30,395 bases of DNA, from UHGV virus genome UHGV-1557986; one strand, given 5' to 3'. Positions within the stretch are counted from its first letter, which is position 1. Every line of letters begins with the position of its first letter. The notes under the pieces were generated by a model. That model searched no databases. It was given only the letters and a program-made list of their open reading frames with translations, and was not told where the DNA came from. Source of the DNA: a virus. The position numbers were made by a program, and so were the translations under genes. Shown in pieces: positions 11,592-19,931 of the stretch.

Positions 11592-11877
11592 TAGCACTCC
11601 ACCCAGGCGTGCTGAATGTCAGATATAATCGGCATACTCAAATCACTCCTAACGATATGAGTCATCACCAGAAAATCAGGATTAATGCGCCGGACTCTTC
11701 CCGGCTGTCACACCGAATCGCCAGGATGGTGAATCCCTTTACCCGAGAAACAACAAACGGTGGCTTGCACATTCCGGCTACCTGGTTCGTTGCCTGAGCT
11801 AGGGGCAAGGTTCCCCCCTTTTAACGTCACCAGACCGCTAACGACGCATGTGCCAGACGCCGTGTTACAACCAAATA

Positions 11878-11953
11878 TGGTGGCCCCTACCGGACTTGAA
11901 CCGGTGACCGTGCGATTATGAGTCGCCAGCTCTAACTACTGAGCTAAAGGGCC
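11878..11953 (-). tRNA. tRNA with CAT anticodon, most similar to tRNA-Ile2 (lysidine CAU, reads AUA); elongator Met not excluded
   Basis: Hand-folded 76-nt cloverleaf: acceptor GGCCCTT/AGGGGCC, D-arm GCTC-AGTAGTTA-GAGC, anticodon loop CTCATAA, T-arm ACCGG-TTCAAGT-CCGGT, CCA encoded; closely resembles E. coli ileX as remembered. Confidence 0.8.
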
Positions 11954-11956
11954 GGA

Positions 11957-12064
11957 TTACTGTTTCCTGAGTGCTTCTATGACGCCAGCAATACCGCCTA
12001 CAACTATGCCAGCAATGACAACGAGAACAATTGGATGCTTGTCAGCAAAATCCCAGAAGCCCAT
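11957..12064 (-). CDS. small hydrophobic membrane peptide, 35 aa
   Basis: Minus-strand ORF MGFWDFADKHPIVLVVIAGIVVGGIAGVIEALRKQ; its ATG overlaps the TGA of the upstream peptide (TGATG). Below ORF-track cutoff, hand-translated. Confidence 0.35.
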   Translation of the reverse strand: MGFWDFADKHPIVLVVIAGIVVGGIAGVIEALRKQ

Positions 12065-12228
12065 CACTGATCCTTAGAAGCTGTTTTTAATATCGGCCAT
12101 ACCAATGTTACAGCTACTGCCACCAACGCCCCGTCCGATAAAACTGACAGGATTGTGCTGGTGAAATCCACCAGCACGGACAGCAAGAGAAAACCAATGG
12201 CGATTGCGATACGTGCCTTGCTTGCCAT
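12064..12228 (-). CDS. small hydrophobic membrane peptide, 54 aa
   Basis: Minus-strand ORF MASKARIAIAIGFLLLSVLVDFTSTILSVLSDGALVAVAVTLVWPILKTASKDQ; ATG overlaps the TAA of the TerB-like gene (TAATG). Hand-translated. Confidence 0.4.
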   Translation of the reverse strand: MASKARIAIAIGFLLLSVLVDFTSTILSVLSDGALVAVAVTLVWPILKTASKDQ

Positions 12229-12662
12229 TACAGATAATCTTCCACACGAAGACCTAAACGACGGCCTACTTCTTCCAGTACTTTGTGTTCTGCTGGCTCG
12301 ATTTCACCGTCCGCTTCTGCAATTGTCAGCATGTTAACGAATACTTCTTCCGCTTCTTTTGGATCGTTTTTGATATCTTCAATTTCGCGAAGGATATTCA
12401 TGCGACCAACACGGAAGCCAGCTTCCAGTTGCTCGGTAAAGCGGGTAATTGTTGCAGTAATTTCGTTACCAAAATGACTAAGACGCGGATTAGAGCGGAC
12501 AAGCTGATCAAGTTTCGCTGTTTCTTCTTTTTCGATTTCACCATCAGCGGCAGACACCAACAAACAGCCACCGATAATGGCCTCCATCAGATCGCGATTC
12601 TCAACTTTTTTCAGCTCTACTTTTGCAGAAGCGACTTTCTTGCCGAACAATTTACCGAACAT
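12228..12662 (-). CDS. TerB-like (tellurite-resistance TerB family) protein, 144 aa; candidate P1 TciA equivalent
   Basis: Two repeated ADGEIE(K/P)xE motifs separated by about 70 aa, as in TerB domains. Confidence 0.55.
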   Translation of the reverse strand: MFGKLFGKKVASAKVELKKVENRDLMEAIIGGCLLVSAADGEIEKEETAKLDQLVRSNPRLSHFGNEITATITRFTEQLEAGFRVGRMNILREIEDIKNDPKEAEEVFVNMLTIAEADGEIEPAEHKVLEEVGRRLGLRVEDYL

Positions 12663-12809
12663 TGGTTATCCCTCAATAAAAGTGACATATTTATTAGATT
12701 GCGGTGCCGGGTTCCTCCCGGTGTCCTTTGGCTGGTTATCCACCGTGGACGGGGAAACAAGGAGAAATGAATGGACTGATATAACCATTTCCCCGCGTGC
12801 GCTTAGCCG

Positions 12810-12897
12810 CATTCACCGCAACGGAAAGAGCATTCTTGGTGGACCTGTAGATTGGGATATGAACCCGTTACAGGAGAATGCTCTTACCTGTTACGTG
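12810..12897. repeat. tRNA-like palindromic element H1
   Basis: Arms CGCAACGGAAAGAGCATTCT / AGAATGCTCTTACCTGTTACG; loop contains GTAGATTGGGATATGAACCCGTTAC, whose reverse complement is T-arm-like (GGGTTCATATCCC). Confidence 0.5.
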
Positions 12898-13070
12898 CTC
12901 CGTTTCGTGGAGCTAACGGCGGGTGATCGGGCCGCACCAGACTGGACTTATTTCAGCGTTATGCTCATGCCAGAGAATCAAACTGTGATGGTCGGTGCTG
13001 AACTCCGACACAGGGTTGTAGCAAGCCCCGCAAAGCGCGCACTACTGTAGTTGCGGCACATCAGCCTGTG

Positions 13071-13173
13071 CATTCACCACAATGTTGAGAACACTGGTTG
13101 TCACGCTGCAACGCAACATTTATTCGTAGATTGGGATATGACCCCGTTACGCCAGTGTTCTCAACGTTGTAGT
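13071..13173. repeat. tRNA-like palindromic element H2
   Basis: Arms CAATGTTGAGAACACTGG / CCAGTGTTCTCAACGTTG (17/18 complementary); loop contains GTAGATTGGGATATGACCCCGTTAC, shared with H1. Confidence 0.5.
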
Positions 13174-13304
13174 GCCGGTTACGGTTCCGGCCAGGCCTCT
13201 TCCTCAACGGGGTGTTCTCCATACGGACTACCGTTTATTGGTCGTTCCTGCGGTTTATGTTGTGAAGCCAGATGCTTATCTTCTGGTTGCTTCAAAGAGC
13301 TGCA

Positions 13305-13386
13305 CTTCATCACAACGGTAAGAGCACTCGATGCATTTAAGCCAAGCTCCATAAGGGAGAATGCCCTTACCTGTTGTGTTGTGATG
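13305..13386. repeat. tRNA-like palindromic element H3
   Basis: Arms CATCACAACGGTAAGAGCACTC / GAGAATGCCCTTACCTGTTGTGTTGTGATG. Confidence 0.45.
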
Positions 13387-13499
13387 ACCGGTGCTGATCT
13401 CCGGCTTGCGGTTATTTCAGACTCTCACGGGCGTTTAATTGCCCCGCCGAACAGCTCTTTTCCGCAATAGCTGCAATGTCTTTCGCGCATCAGCCTGCG

Positions 13500-13593
13500 C
13501 ATTCATCACAACGGTAAGGGTACTTCGTAGGGATTCGAACCCTCTGCCAAGCTCGGCGATCTCCGACGTCGCAAAATACCCTTACCTGTTGTG
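13500..13593. repeat. tRNA-like palindromic element H4, abutting the 3' end of tRNA-Thr; contains a canonical T-arm sequence
   Basis: Arms CACAACGGTAAGGGTA / TACCCTTACCTGTTGTG; interior GTAGGGATTCGAACCCTC, whose reverse complement holds GGGTTCGAATCCC; no canonical acceptor/anticodon arms found. Confidence 0.5.
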
Positions 13594-13594
13594 C

Positions 13595-13670
13595 TGGTGC
13601 CGATTAACGGACTCGAACCGCTGACATCCTGCTTACAAGGCAGGCGCTCTACCAACTGAGCTAAACCGGC
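13595..13670 (-). tRNA. tRNA-Thr (anticodon TGT)
   Basis: Hand-folded: GCCGGTT acceptor, D-arm GCTC-AGTTGGTA-GAGC, anticodon arm CCTGC-CTTGTAA-GCAGG, T-arm AGCGG-TTCGAGT-CCGTT, CCA encoded. Confidence 0.85.
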
Positions 13671-13672
13671 AT

Positions 13673-13748
13673 TGGCGATGGTGAATGGATTTGAACCATC
13701 GACCCGTTGATTAACAGTCAACCGCTCTAACCGCTGAGCTACACCATC
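13673..13748 (-). tRNA. tRNA-Asn (anticodon GTT)
   Basis: Hand-folded: acceptor GATGGTG/CACCATC, D-arm GCTC-AGCGGTTA-GAGC, anticodon arm GTTGA-CTGTTAA-TCAAC, T-loop TTCAAAT, CCA encoded; 2 nt from tRNA-Thr. Confidence 0.85.
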
Positions 13749-13949
13749 ACTTGCCGGGTACGTCTCCGGCGAGGGCTTCCACCTCCGTATGCTTTTCGGC
13801 GCACCTCGCCCTAGCTGCAATTCGGTAACAGGGGATGCACAACCCTGGCTTCCAGCGTGATTAGCGCCTTCAGCATGACGGGATATACCCGTAAATTCGT
13901 GGAACTGTACCCAAAGTGCTGTTAAGCACCGCTGTTACGCTGAAAAGAA

Positions 13950-14033
13950 AACGCAACAGGAAAGGACGCTGACCAACAGATGGCCCCTTCTCGTTCATCT
14001 GGTTAATCACACCAGCGCCCTTACCTGTTGTGC
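13950..14033. repeat. tRNA-like palindromic element H5 in the leader of the tRNA operon
   Basis: Arms CGCAACAGGAAAGG / CCCTTACCTGTTGTG, same arm family as H1-H4. Confidence 0.4.
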
Positions 14034-14400
14034 CTCCCCGTTCCCTAATACACAGACGGGGACACTCTGCGGTCGATTTTTTGACGGGGGACGACTCATA
14101 CCCCGTGGCATCTGGCTTCTTAGGCCGCTACCATCATAAGATCATCGTTTGCATTTACTTTAATGGTCAGTTTCTAAACCGCCGCAAAGTCGCTAACCAT
14201 GACGAAAACCCTGAAAAAAACGCCCACCCGAAGATGGGCAAACTGGAAGCTCGTAACGCACTTCGGCGTTGCCACTTAGGCGCATGGTCAACCTGGCAAC
14301 TCGGTGGTTTGTCTGGGAGGACTAGGCCCAGCCATGCTTACCGCCGCGCCTGTCGCGGCTAACAGCTAAATCGCTCTATAAATCACGATTCATTGAGGCG

Positions 14401-14430
14401 ATATTACACTAATAAATTTATTAGAGCAAT
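14401..14430 (-). promoter_or_regulatory. C1-type operator(s) overlapping a leftward promoter for the tRNA-tci-ban operon: perfect operator (revcomp ATTGCTCTAATAAATTT, 14414-14430) overlapping a second 15/17 site (14403-14419)
   Basis: On the minus strand: -35 TTGCTC (inside operator), 17-bp spacer, -10 TAATAT. Operator overlaps the dmt stop codon (14421-14423). Confidence 0.6.
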
Positions 14431-17400
14431 ATACCCAAAACGTCATGAGCTACACCTCGAGTGTCCCCCTTACAAGACACAGAACGTCTGGCAAAAAGAG
14501 GTTCCACTCTGAAGCCACTGTCATGATAAAGCTCTCTGATGTTTGGCGCGCCACTGTTAGTAATGAGAACCTTTGCACCTCGACGATGAGCATCCGTCAA
14601 CAGAGACACCAGGCGTTTTTGCTCTTCAAACTTAAAGTCATGACCGGAATAGTTCGTGAATCCCTCTGTATTTGGAAGCGGTTCATACGGCGGATCGCAA
14701 AAGATGACATCTCCTTCTCCGGCAGCTTCAATCACCGCTGCAAAATCACCGCATACAAACTCAGACCGCCCTTCCGCACCGAGGAAGGCTTCCATCTCCT
14801 GTAATGGGAAATACGGAGTTTTATACTTCCCATAACCGACATTGAACTCACCGGCCTGGTTGTAACGCGTCAATCCGTTAAAACAATGTCGGTTCAGGAA
14901 CAAAAACGCCGCTGCGCGATGTAAATCATCATAGACTTGTTTGTTAAACGCATTCCGTACTGCCAGGTATCCTTCCTGTGTGTTGTAGTCCTGGAAGAAA
15001 CGATGTGCCAGAGTGATAAGTGAATGCGCCTCGCGTTGCAGAGTCTTGTAAAAGTTAATCAGGTCAGCATTCACATCATTTAGCAGATTTTCCTGGTATC
15101 CGGCATTCATGAAGACAGCTCCGCCACCAACGAAAGGTTCAATCAGGCGCTTCCCTTCTGGCAAATAGCGAAAGATTTGTTCCAGAACACCAAATTTTCC
15201 ACCAGCCCATTTGAATATGGACCGTTCGAATTCTGCCGCTGGTTTAACTTTTCGCTCTTTTGTTTCACTTCCTTCTTTCTGCCGACATACGGCCTTAGTA
15301 ATCCGATCGCCAATCCAGCGCATTACTGGTATTGCCATACTATTGCCGATCGCTTTGTAACGCGGTCCGTCAGCTGCAAGCATCGCGGCCTCTTCTTCGC
15401 TTAAATCAGGATAGTTATTGCGAAGGTATGCCAGTTCATCTGAAGAAACTTTTTTACGCTTTTCCGTAGGGATCAACGTATGCCCATCAGGAAAACCTTG
15501 CAGCCTTTCACATTCGACAGGGGTAAGACGGCGTATTCTACCGTCGCCGAGCAATACAATTGGTGCTTCATGGTTACATGTTAAAGTTGGTGCCGAATTA
15601 TCGGTTTTTATCTCAGCCCCTCCTTGCCCATGTGCCATGGCAACTATGTTTGTATCATCGCAAGATCTGATAGCGATGTTTGAAGTATATCTGGTAGTTT
15701 CCTTCCCCTCGCCTCTGCTCGGCGCAATATCCCGGCGCACGCCTTCGAACTCAAAAAGTACCGTTGCGGGATCGAGGTCTGTTCGAGCACTTGCGACAAC
15801 AAACACGCGTCGGCGTCGTTGTGCCACTCCGAAGTATTGGGCATCAAGGATTCTCCAGGCCACCTTTCGCTGCGGCCCATAAATACAACCACACTGCGGC
15901 CACTTTGGAGCATGGCAACCGGTTTTGCCATCCCACCGCCAGAACGCGTTACTTTTTCCTGATTCAGGTCGATCACCTGGTTCAAATGGCGCATCTTCTC
16001 CAGCCAATCCGGCAAGGAAACATCCGAAGGCGTTATCTGCCGATGACAAGACTCCTGGGACATTTTCCCAGACAATAACGGCTGGTTTGAGAAATGACTC
16101 AGCCCGTTTGTCGTCAATTGCATTTGCAAGCTCCACATACTTTAAAGTTAGCGCGCCACGCTCATCATCAAGCCCACCACGTAATCCCGCGATACTGAAT
16201 GCCTGACAGTTATGGACCACCGCACCATTGAGGATATAGGAATGATCACCTTCGACTTCTATGTTGTATACAGTATCTAGGCCTACCGATTTAAACTCTT
16301 TGACTGTTCGTAAAAGCATTCCATGAGCCAATCTTGATTTACGTGACAATTTCTGCGGGCAGATTGTTACCTGATAATAATTCCGTTGATTTACCACGCG
16401 ATCCTCGATCACTTTTTTGGGCTCAACTTCAATAAAGCTGACCGAAGAAACATAACCACAAGTCTGTGACAACCCCGCAACGCCCCAAGCAAGCGCAGGA
16501 CTAACACTATTAATTCTAAATCCCGCTTTACCACTTGGTGTCCCATCAGTATCAAGATAGCCTTGTAAAAACACATGACGCAATGGATGCGACATCACCC
16601 ATGCAGGGATACGCTTAGCATGGCTTAACTCGCCAAAATGTTCATTAAGCCAATTGGCATAACACGTATCATTCAAGGTTACTTTGATGCTCCCTCGGAT
16701 TTCGCTTGCCACGGAAAATATGTTTTCTGGTATGCGGCAATGAAACTTTCTCAATTTCTGGCAATTTATGCCAAAAACAACCGCCTTCTTAGATTTACCT
16801 CTCCATCTCCTAATATATCCATCGCCAACATAAGCGCCCGCAAGATACATAGCCTGTTCTTCAGACAAGAACCGAGAACAAATATCTGGAGATGCAATAT
16901 TGAAATTAGTTAGAGCGCACCATTGATATCCCGGCATATCACATGCTGCTCGCCATTCCGGTTCAGACAACAACTCTCTCTTAAAATATGTGCCATTTTT
17001 CCGGGTGTTTTGGGCTTTCCACCGAACAGCCAGGAAGGGATGGTCATTGGTTGTTCTTATACCTAAAGGCTGCCCAACGGCATTAAGTAACCCCGTATTA
17101 GCTATTTTTGAACCAACTCTTTTTACTTGTTGTAACCGCCCGAGATGACTGACTACGTAATCGCCAGGGCAAACATCTTCTATTGGTTTATAACCATTTT
17201 TACAAAGAACCATATGCCCCGCGGTAAAACATGGTGTTCCCCCGACGAGCACGTCAGGGGATTCGATTTCCCCAGCCAAGACTTTTTTGGCAAGTTTTGT
17301 CATGTCGCCAAGGTTGGCGACATGGGGCCAGCGGAGCGCAAGAACGGCCGATGGAAAAGGCTCGATTTCAGCAAACCAAACCGGACGCATACCCAACGGT

Positions 17401-17462
17401 TCCCAGGCAATACTCGCGGCTTCAATTCCACTGCAAACAGATCCATAGCACAGCTCTTTCAC
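14421..17462 (-). CDS. dmt: bifunctional DNA methyltransferase: N-terminal C5-cytosine MTase domain interrupted by an intein, C-terminal Dam-type N6-adenine MTase domain; 1013 aa precursor, GTG start overlapping the hrdC stop
   Basis: C5 motifs: GGTP|CQAFSIAG (motif IV), [11 protein letters not shown] (ENV), [18 protein letters not shown]. Dam motifs: [32 protein letters not shown]. Confidence 0.9.
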   Translation of the reverse strand: MKELCYGSVCSGIEAASIAWEPLGMRPVWFAEIEPFPSAVLALRWPHVANLGDMTKLAKKVLAGEIESPDVLVGGTPCFTAGHMVLCKNGYKPIEDVCPGDYVVSHLGRLQQVKRVGSKIANTGLLNAVGQPLGIRTTNDHPFLAVRWKAQNTRKNGTYFKRELLSEPEWRAACDMPGYQWCALTNFNIASPDICSRFLSEEQAMYLAGAYVGDGYIRRWRGKSKKAVVFGINCQKLRKFHCRIPENIFSVASEIRGSIKVTLNDTCYANWLNEHFGELSHAKRIPAWVMSHPLRHVFLQGYLDTDGTPSGKAGFRINSVSPALAWGVAGLSQTCGYVSSVSFIEVEPKKVIEDRVVNQRNYYQVTICPQKLSRKSRLAHGMLLRTVKEFKSVGLDTVYNIEVEGDHSYILNGAVVHNCQAFSIAGLRGGLDDERGALTLKYVELANAIDDKRAESFLKPAVIVWENVPGVLSSADNAFGCFLAGLAGEDAPFEPGDRPESGKSNAFWRWDGKTGCHAPKWPQCGCIYGPQRKVAWRILDAQYFGVAQRRRRVFVVASARTDLDPATVLFEFEGVRRDIAPSRGEGKETTRYTSNIAIRSCDDTNIVAMAHGQGGAEIKTDNSAPTLTCNHEAPIVLLGDGRIRRLTPVECERLQGFPDGHTLIPTEKRKKVSSDELAYLRNNYPDLSEEEAAMLAADGPRYKAIGNSMAIPVMRWIGDRITKAVCRQKEGSETKERKVKPAAEFERSIFKWAGGKFGVLEQIFRYLPEGKRLIEPFVGGGAVFMNAGYQENLLNDVNADLINFYKTLQREAHSLITLAHRFFQDYNTQEGYLAVRNAFNKQVYDDLHRAAAFLFLNRHCFNGLTRYNQAGEFNVGYGKYKTPYFPLQEMEAFLGAEGRSEFVCGDFAAVIEAAGEGDVIFCDPPYEPLPNTEGFTNYSGHDFKFEEQKRLVSLLTDAHRRGAKVLITNSGAPNIRELYHDSGFRVEPLFARRSVSCKGDTRGVAHDVLGILL
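16209..17231 (-). other. Intein (341 aa) with LAGLIDADG homing-endonuclease domain, inserted between Pro and catalytic Cys of C5-MTase motif IV
   Basis: Starts CFTAGHMVL...[16 protein letters not shown] (Hint block A), TTNDHPF (block B), [11 protein letters not shown] and [11 protein letters not shown] (two LAGLIDADG motifs), ends ...[12 protein letters not shown] followed by +1 Cys of CQAFS. Confidence 0.8.
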
Positions 17463-18364
17463 TGCTTAGCCTCTCCACCAAGGGCATTTACCAGAGCATC
17501 AACCAGGCACGAAATTTCACTGGTCAATAGGAAGAAATCTGCGTCCAGTCGCTGCGCAACATCTTCACTATCAATATCAGAGTTCTGCTCAAGCAATTCA
17601 TCCGCAAAATTGACGCTGGTAATGCTGAAGTTATGGTCCAGTGTAAATTTAATGCGGTTCTGCCAGTCGAGTGCCAACTTAGTGACGAGCTTGCCAGCTT
17701 CCAGGTGTGTGGAAATTTCATCGCTTCCCAAATCCTGCTTTTTCACTCGGGCGATACCGCCATCCTCAAGCACTGCCTTAAGTTCTGCCGCATCCCCCAT
17801 TTGAAATCCCTGTGGAGCACTAGCATCACGTACCCAGTCGGTCAGCGTTAACTCAATGGGATTTTCAACACTTAGTGGCACAACAGGAAGAGAACCCAGA
17901 GACTTACGCATAAGCGCGAGCATATCCTCTGCCTGCCGCGCGCTGGCATTGATATAGATACGTTTAGTTGAACCGTCGTAGATCGCCTGGATAACAGAAA
18001 ACTTTGAAAAAGCCCGTGGCAGAAGAGAATGCAGAACTTCGTCTTTCAGGGAGTCCTTCTCTGTTTTCTTCAGTTTACGCGCTTGTTCTTGCTCAAGTTT
18101 TTCAATTTTTTCTTGAATAGCTCGCTGGATAACCGGCGGGGGAAGAATTTTTGTTTCGCGCTTTGCTTCAACAAGGATAAAACCATTTCCATGCATAGCG
18201 ATAACTTCGGAATTATCACCAAATGGCGATACAAAACCGAACTTGGCCATATCCTGACTACCGCATGGCGTGAAAAGGATCATTTTCTTTTTATCTTCTA
18301 AGTCGGTCAGATCCGCCTCACGAGAAAGTTTATAAATAGTAATATTTTTCCAGTGCTTAAACAT
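17459..18364 (-). CDS. hrdC: RdgC-like recombination-associated protein (P1 HrdC-like), about 302 aa; start placed at [13 protein letters not shown]
   Basis: N-terminus [15 protein letters not shown] parallels E. coli RdgC MLWFKNLMVYRLSR; length about 300 aa. Confidence 0.7.
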   Translation of the reverse strand: MFKHWKNITIYKLSREADLTDLEDKKKMILFTPCGSQDMAKFGFVSPFGDNSEVIAMHGNGFILVEAKRETKILPPPVIQRAIQEKIEKLEQEQARKLKKTEKDSLKDEVLHSLLPRAFSKFSVIQAIYDGSTKRIYINASARQAEDMLALMRKSLGSLPVVPLSVENPIELTLTDWVRDASAPQGFQMGDAAELKAVLEDGGIARVKKQDLGSDEISTHLEAGKLVTKLALDWQNRIKFTLDHNFSITSVNFADELLEQNSDIDSEDVAQRLDADFFLLTSEISCLVDALVNALGGEAKQ

Positions 18365-18641
18365 GTTGTAACCCTTGAATATCAACCACAGAAAGCTCGT
18401 CTTTGTAGAAAAAGGCCAAGTTGTGGCACCCCCTCGTTTGAGCGTATGAGCTGGGACCAATTTCGTTCTTCCAGACAAATGGCTTCAAATCCGTACGGCG
18501 AAGCATAAAAACGCGATTTGTTCCGCTCTGATTCCCAATGAGGCAAAAGCCTTCTTTCACCTTGATAGCCTGCAAGTTGTCGAGTTCACCGCTGGTTACA
18601 CGGCTATCGAACTCCTTGCGGCTTATTAGCTCCATCTGCAT
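18357..18641 (-). CDS. hypothetical protein upstream of hrdC (uhr-like), about 94 aa; start placed at MQMEL with GGAG SD
   Basis: ORF track 18357-18713; the most upstream start leaves no room for an RBS after the operator, so an internal ATG is preferred. Confidence 0.4.
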   Translation of the reverse strand: MQMELISRKEFDSRVTSGELDNLQAIKVKEGFCLIGNQSGTNRVFMLRRTDLKPFVWKNEIGPSSYAQTRGCHNLAFFYKDELSVVDIQGLQHV

Positions 18642-18712
18642 CTGACGACTCCAAACAAATGCCCATTGAAGGGCGATGGCTGAATGGTACCGAAAACACG
18701 ATATAAAAAACA

Positions 18713-18729
18713 ATATTTATTAGAGCAAT
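18713..18729 (-). promoter_or_regulatory. C1-type operator (16/17) upstream of the uhr-hrdC-dmt operon
   Basis: ATATTTATTAGAGCAAT = revcomp of ATTGCTCTAATAAATAT; TTGCTC -35-like hexamer inside the operator. Confidence 0.5.
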
Positions 18730-18810
18730 TTTGTAATAAGTAAACGCCATACAGACCACAAATAACCTAAGTTAAAATAACGAAAATCAGAGCAAATCAT
18801 TGGTGACGAC

Positions 18811-19095
18811 GTGGCAAGTATTGCAACAAAAGACAGCATTTGTTCGGGGCACGGAGGATTCCCATCCAGGCCTCCTGTAGAGAGTGAACCACTACTTAAA
18901 GTCAACGGAGTCGAAGTGTTAGTTGATGGTAAGCAATATGCACAGCATACCGATGGAAACAGTACGCACGGTGGGCAAGCTATATCAACCAGGGCATGGT
19001 TTACCGTCAATGGTAAAGGGATCGTATGCGTTGGTGACCCTGTTTCATGCGGATCTACCGTAGCGTCCGGAGACGGCCTAGTTCAGGTAAGTTAG
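18811..19095 (+). CDS. PAAR-like spike-tip protein (putative), 94 aa, GTG start
   Basis: Repeated HGG and VNG...VGD motifs plus Cys positions (ICSGHGGFP, LLKVNGVEVLVDG, THGG, FTVNGKGIVCVGDPVSCG) resemble PAAR-domain proteins. Confidence 0.4.
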   Translation: MASIATKDSICSGHGGFPSRPPVESEPLLKVNGVEVLVDGKQYAQHTDGNSTHGGQAISTRAWFTVNGKGIVCVGDPVSCGSTVASGDGLVQVS

Positions 19096-19103
19096 GAGAT
19101 ATC

Positions 19104-19892
19104 ATGCTGGAAAAAGACTACCAGTTATCCGCATATAAAAAATTGGCCGCAGCCGGTGGGATGAAAACACTTGGTGCCATAACATCGGCACGAAACAGTG
19201 CTAACACGGCAAAACAGCTTGCAGAAGAATTGATCGGATTAATTTTGGATACAATTGTCTATCCCGACACTATTACCAGTTATGTTTCAACGATCAGAAC
19301 AACCACAACAGGCTTAACGAACATTGTCGAACTGGCAACTAAGCACGCGGACCTGTTGGCTGGTTATGCAGATCTGTCAATGCTGCTTCAACTCGATATT
19401 GGTTGGGATGTTTACTGCCGTGCTAATGAGCGAGAAGTTTCAGAACTGCCGATCTCTATTGCCATTGGTGATGTGACTATTACTAAATCGCTTGAGGACG
19501 CTGTAAACGCGCTTAATACATCAAGTTTAGTTGCTGCTATGGGGGAGATTAACCAGACCCTTAACACTGGCTCAGGAAGCTCGTCAGGCTCTGGTTCAGG
19601 CGGCGGCACTGCCACTCCCCCACCAGCACTAACAGAAGAGCAAATTGAATCTCTGAAAGTAGCAACTGAACAGTTTGGGGTTGTTTTCAACCAGACAACA
19701 GCGCCCACAACTGCGTTACAACAGCAGTATGAACGAGCGAATGAAAGCGCCAACGTAGCCATAACTGCTTATAACCATGCTATCGGTACCGCGCTTGCGG
19801 AAGCATCAGCAAATAAGGCCAGCACAGCCAGCGCAGTTGCCGCTTTGGTTCCTGATTCTGTTCTTGATGAATTAAACAAAGCGGCACAGTAA
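19104..19892 (+). CDS. hypothetical two-domain protein with Gly/Ser linker (GSGSSSGSGSGGG), 262 aa
   Basis: Strong SD AGGAG overlapping the PAAR-like stop; ORF track start 19047 judged too far upstream. Confidence 0.5.
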   Translation: MLEKDYQLSAYKKLAAAGGMKTLGAITSARNSANTAKQLAEELIGLILDTIVYPDTITSYVSTIRTTTTGLTNIVELATKHADLLAGYADLSMLLQLDIGWDVYCRANEREVSELPISIAIGDVTITKSLEDAVNALNTSSLVAAMGEINQTLNTGSGSSSGSGSGGGTATPPPALTEEQIESLKVATEQFGVVFNQTTAPTTALQQQYERANESANVAITAYNHAIGTALAEASANKASTASAVAALVPDSVLDELNKAAQ

Positions 19893-19931
19893 CAAAGGAC
19901 TTCATTGATAATTTTTCTTCAGGAGGAAGAC

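Noticed and set aside
11731-11806. Possible additional tRNA in the ban leader (minus strand reads GCCCCTAGCTCAGG)
   Set aside because: Only the D-arm-like TAGCTCAGG is present; no T-arm, anticodon arm or complementary acceptor strand could be assembled.
12759-12784. Strong SD AAGGAG followed by mini-ORFs (MNGLI or MD)
   Set aside because: Spacing to the first ATG is only 2 nt, and no credible plus-strand gene lies downstream; probably fortuitous.
12285-13470. Plus-strand ORFs 12285-12770, 12577-13050 and 13051-13470
   Set aside because: Antisense to the TerB-like gene or overlapping the palindromic repeat elements; Cys-rich, low-complexity translations with no credible RBS or gene context.
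13506-13820. Minus-strand ORF of 104 aa
   Set aside because: Overlaps the tRNA-Thr and tRNA-Asn genes; the translation is a by-product of structured RNA sequence.
14445-17804. Multiple plus-strand ORFs (e.g. 14445-14804, 15418-15882, 17145-17804) inside the methyltransferase gene
   Set aside because: Antisense to a long, motif-rich CDS carrying full C5, intein and Dam signatures; no independent support.
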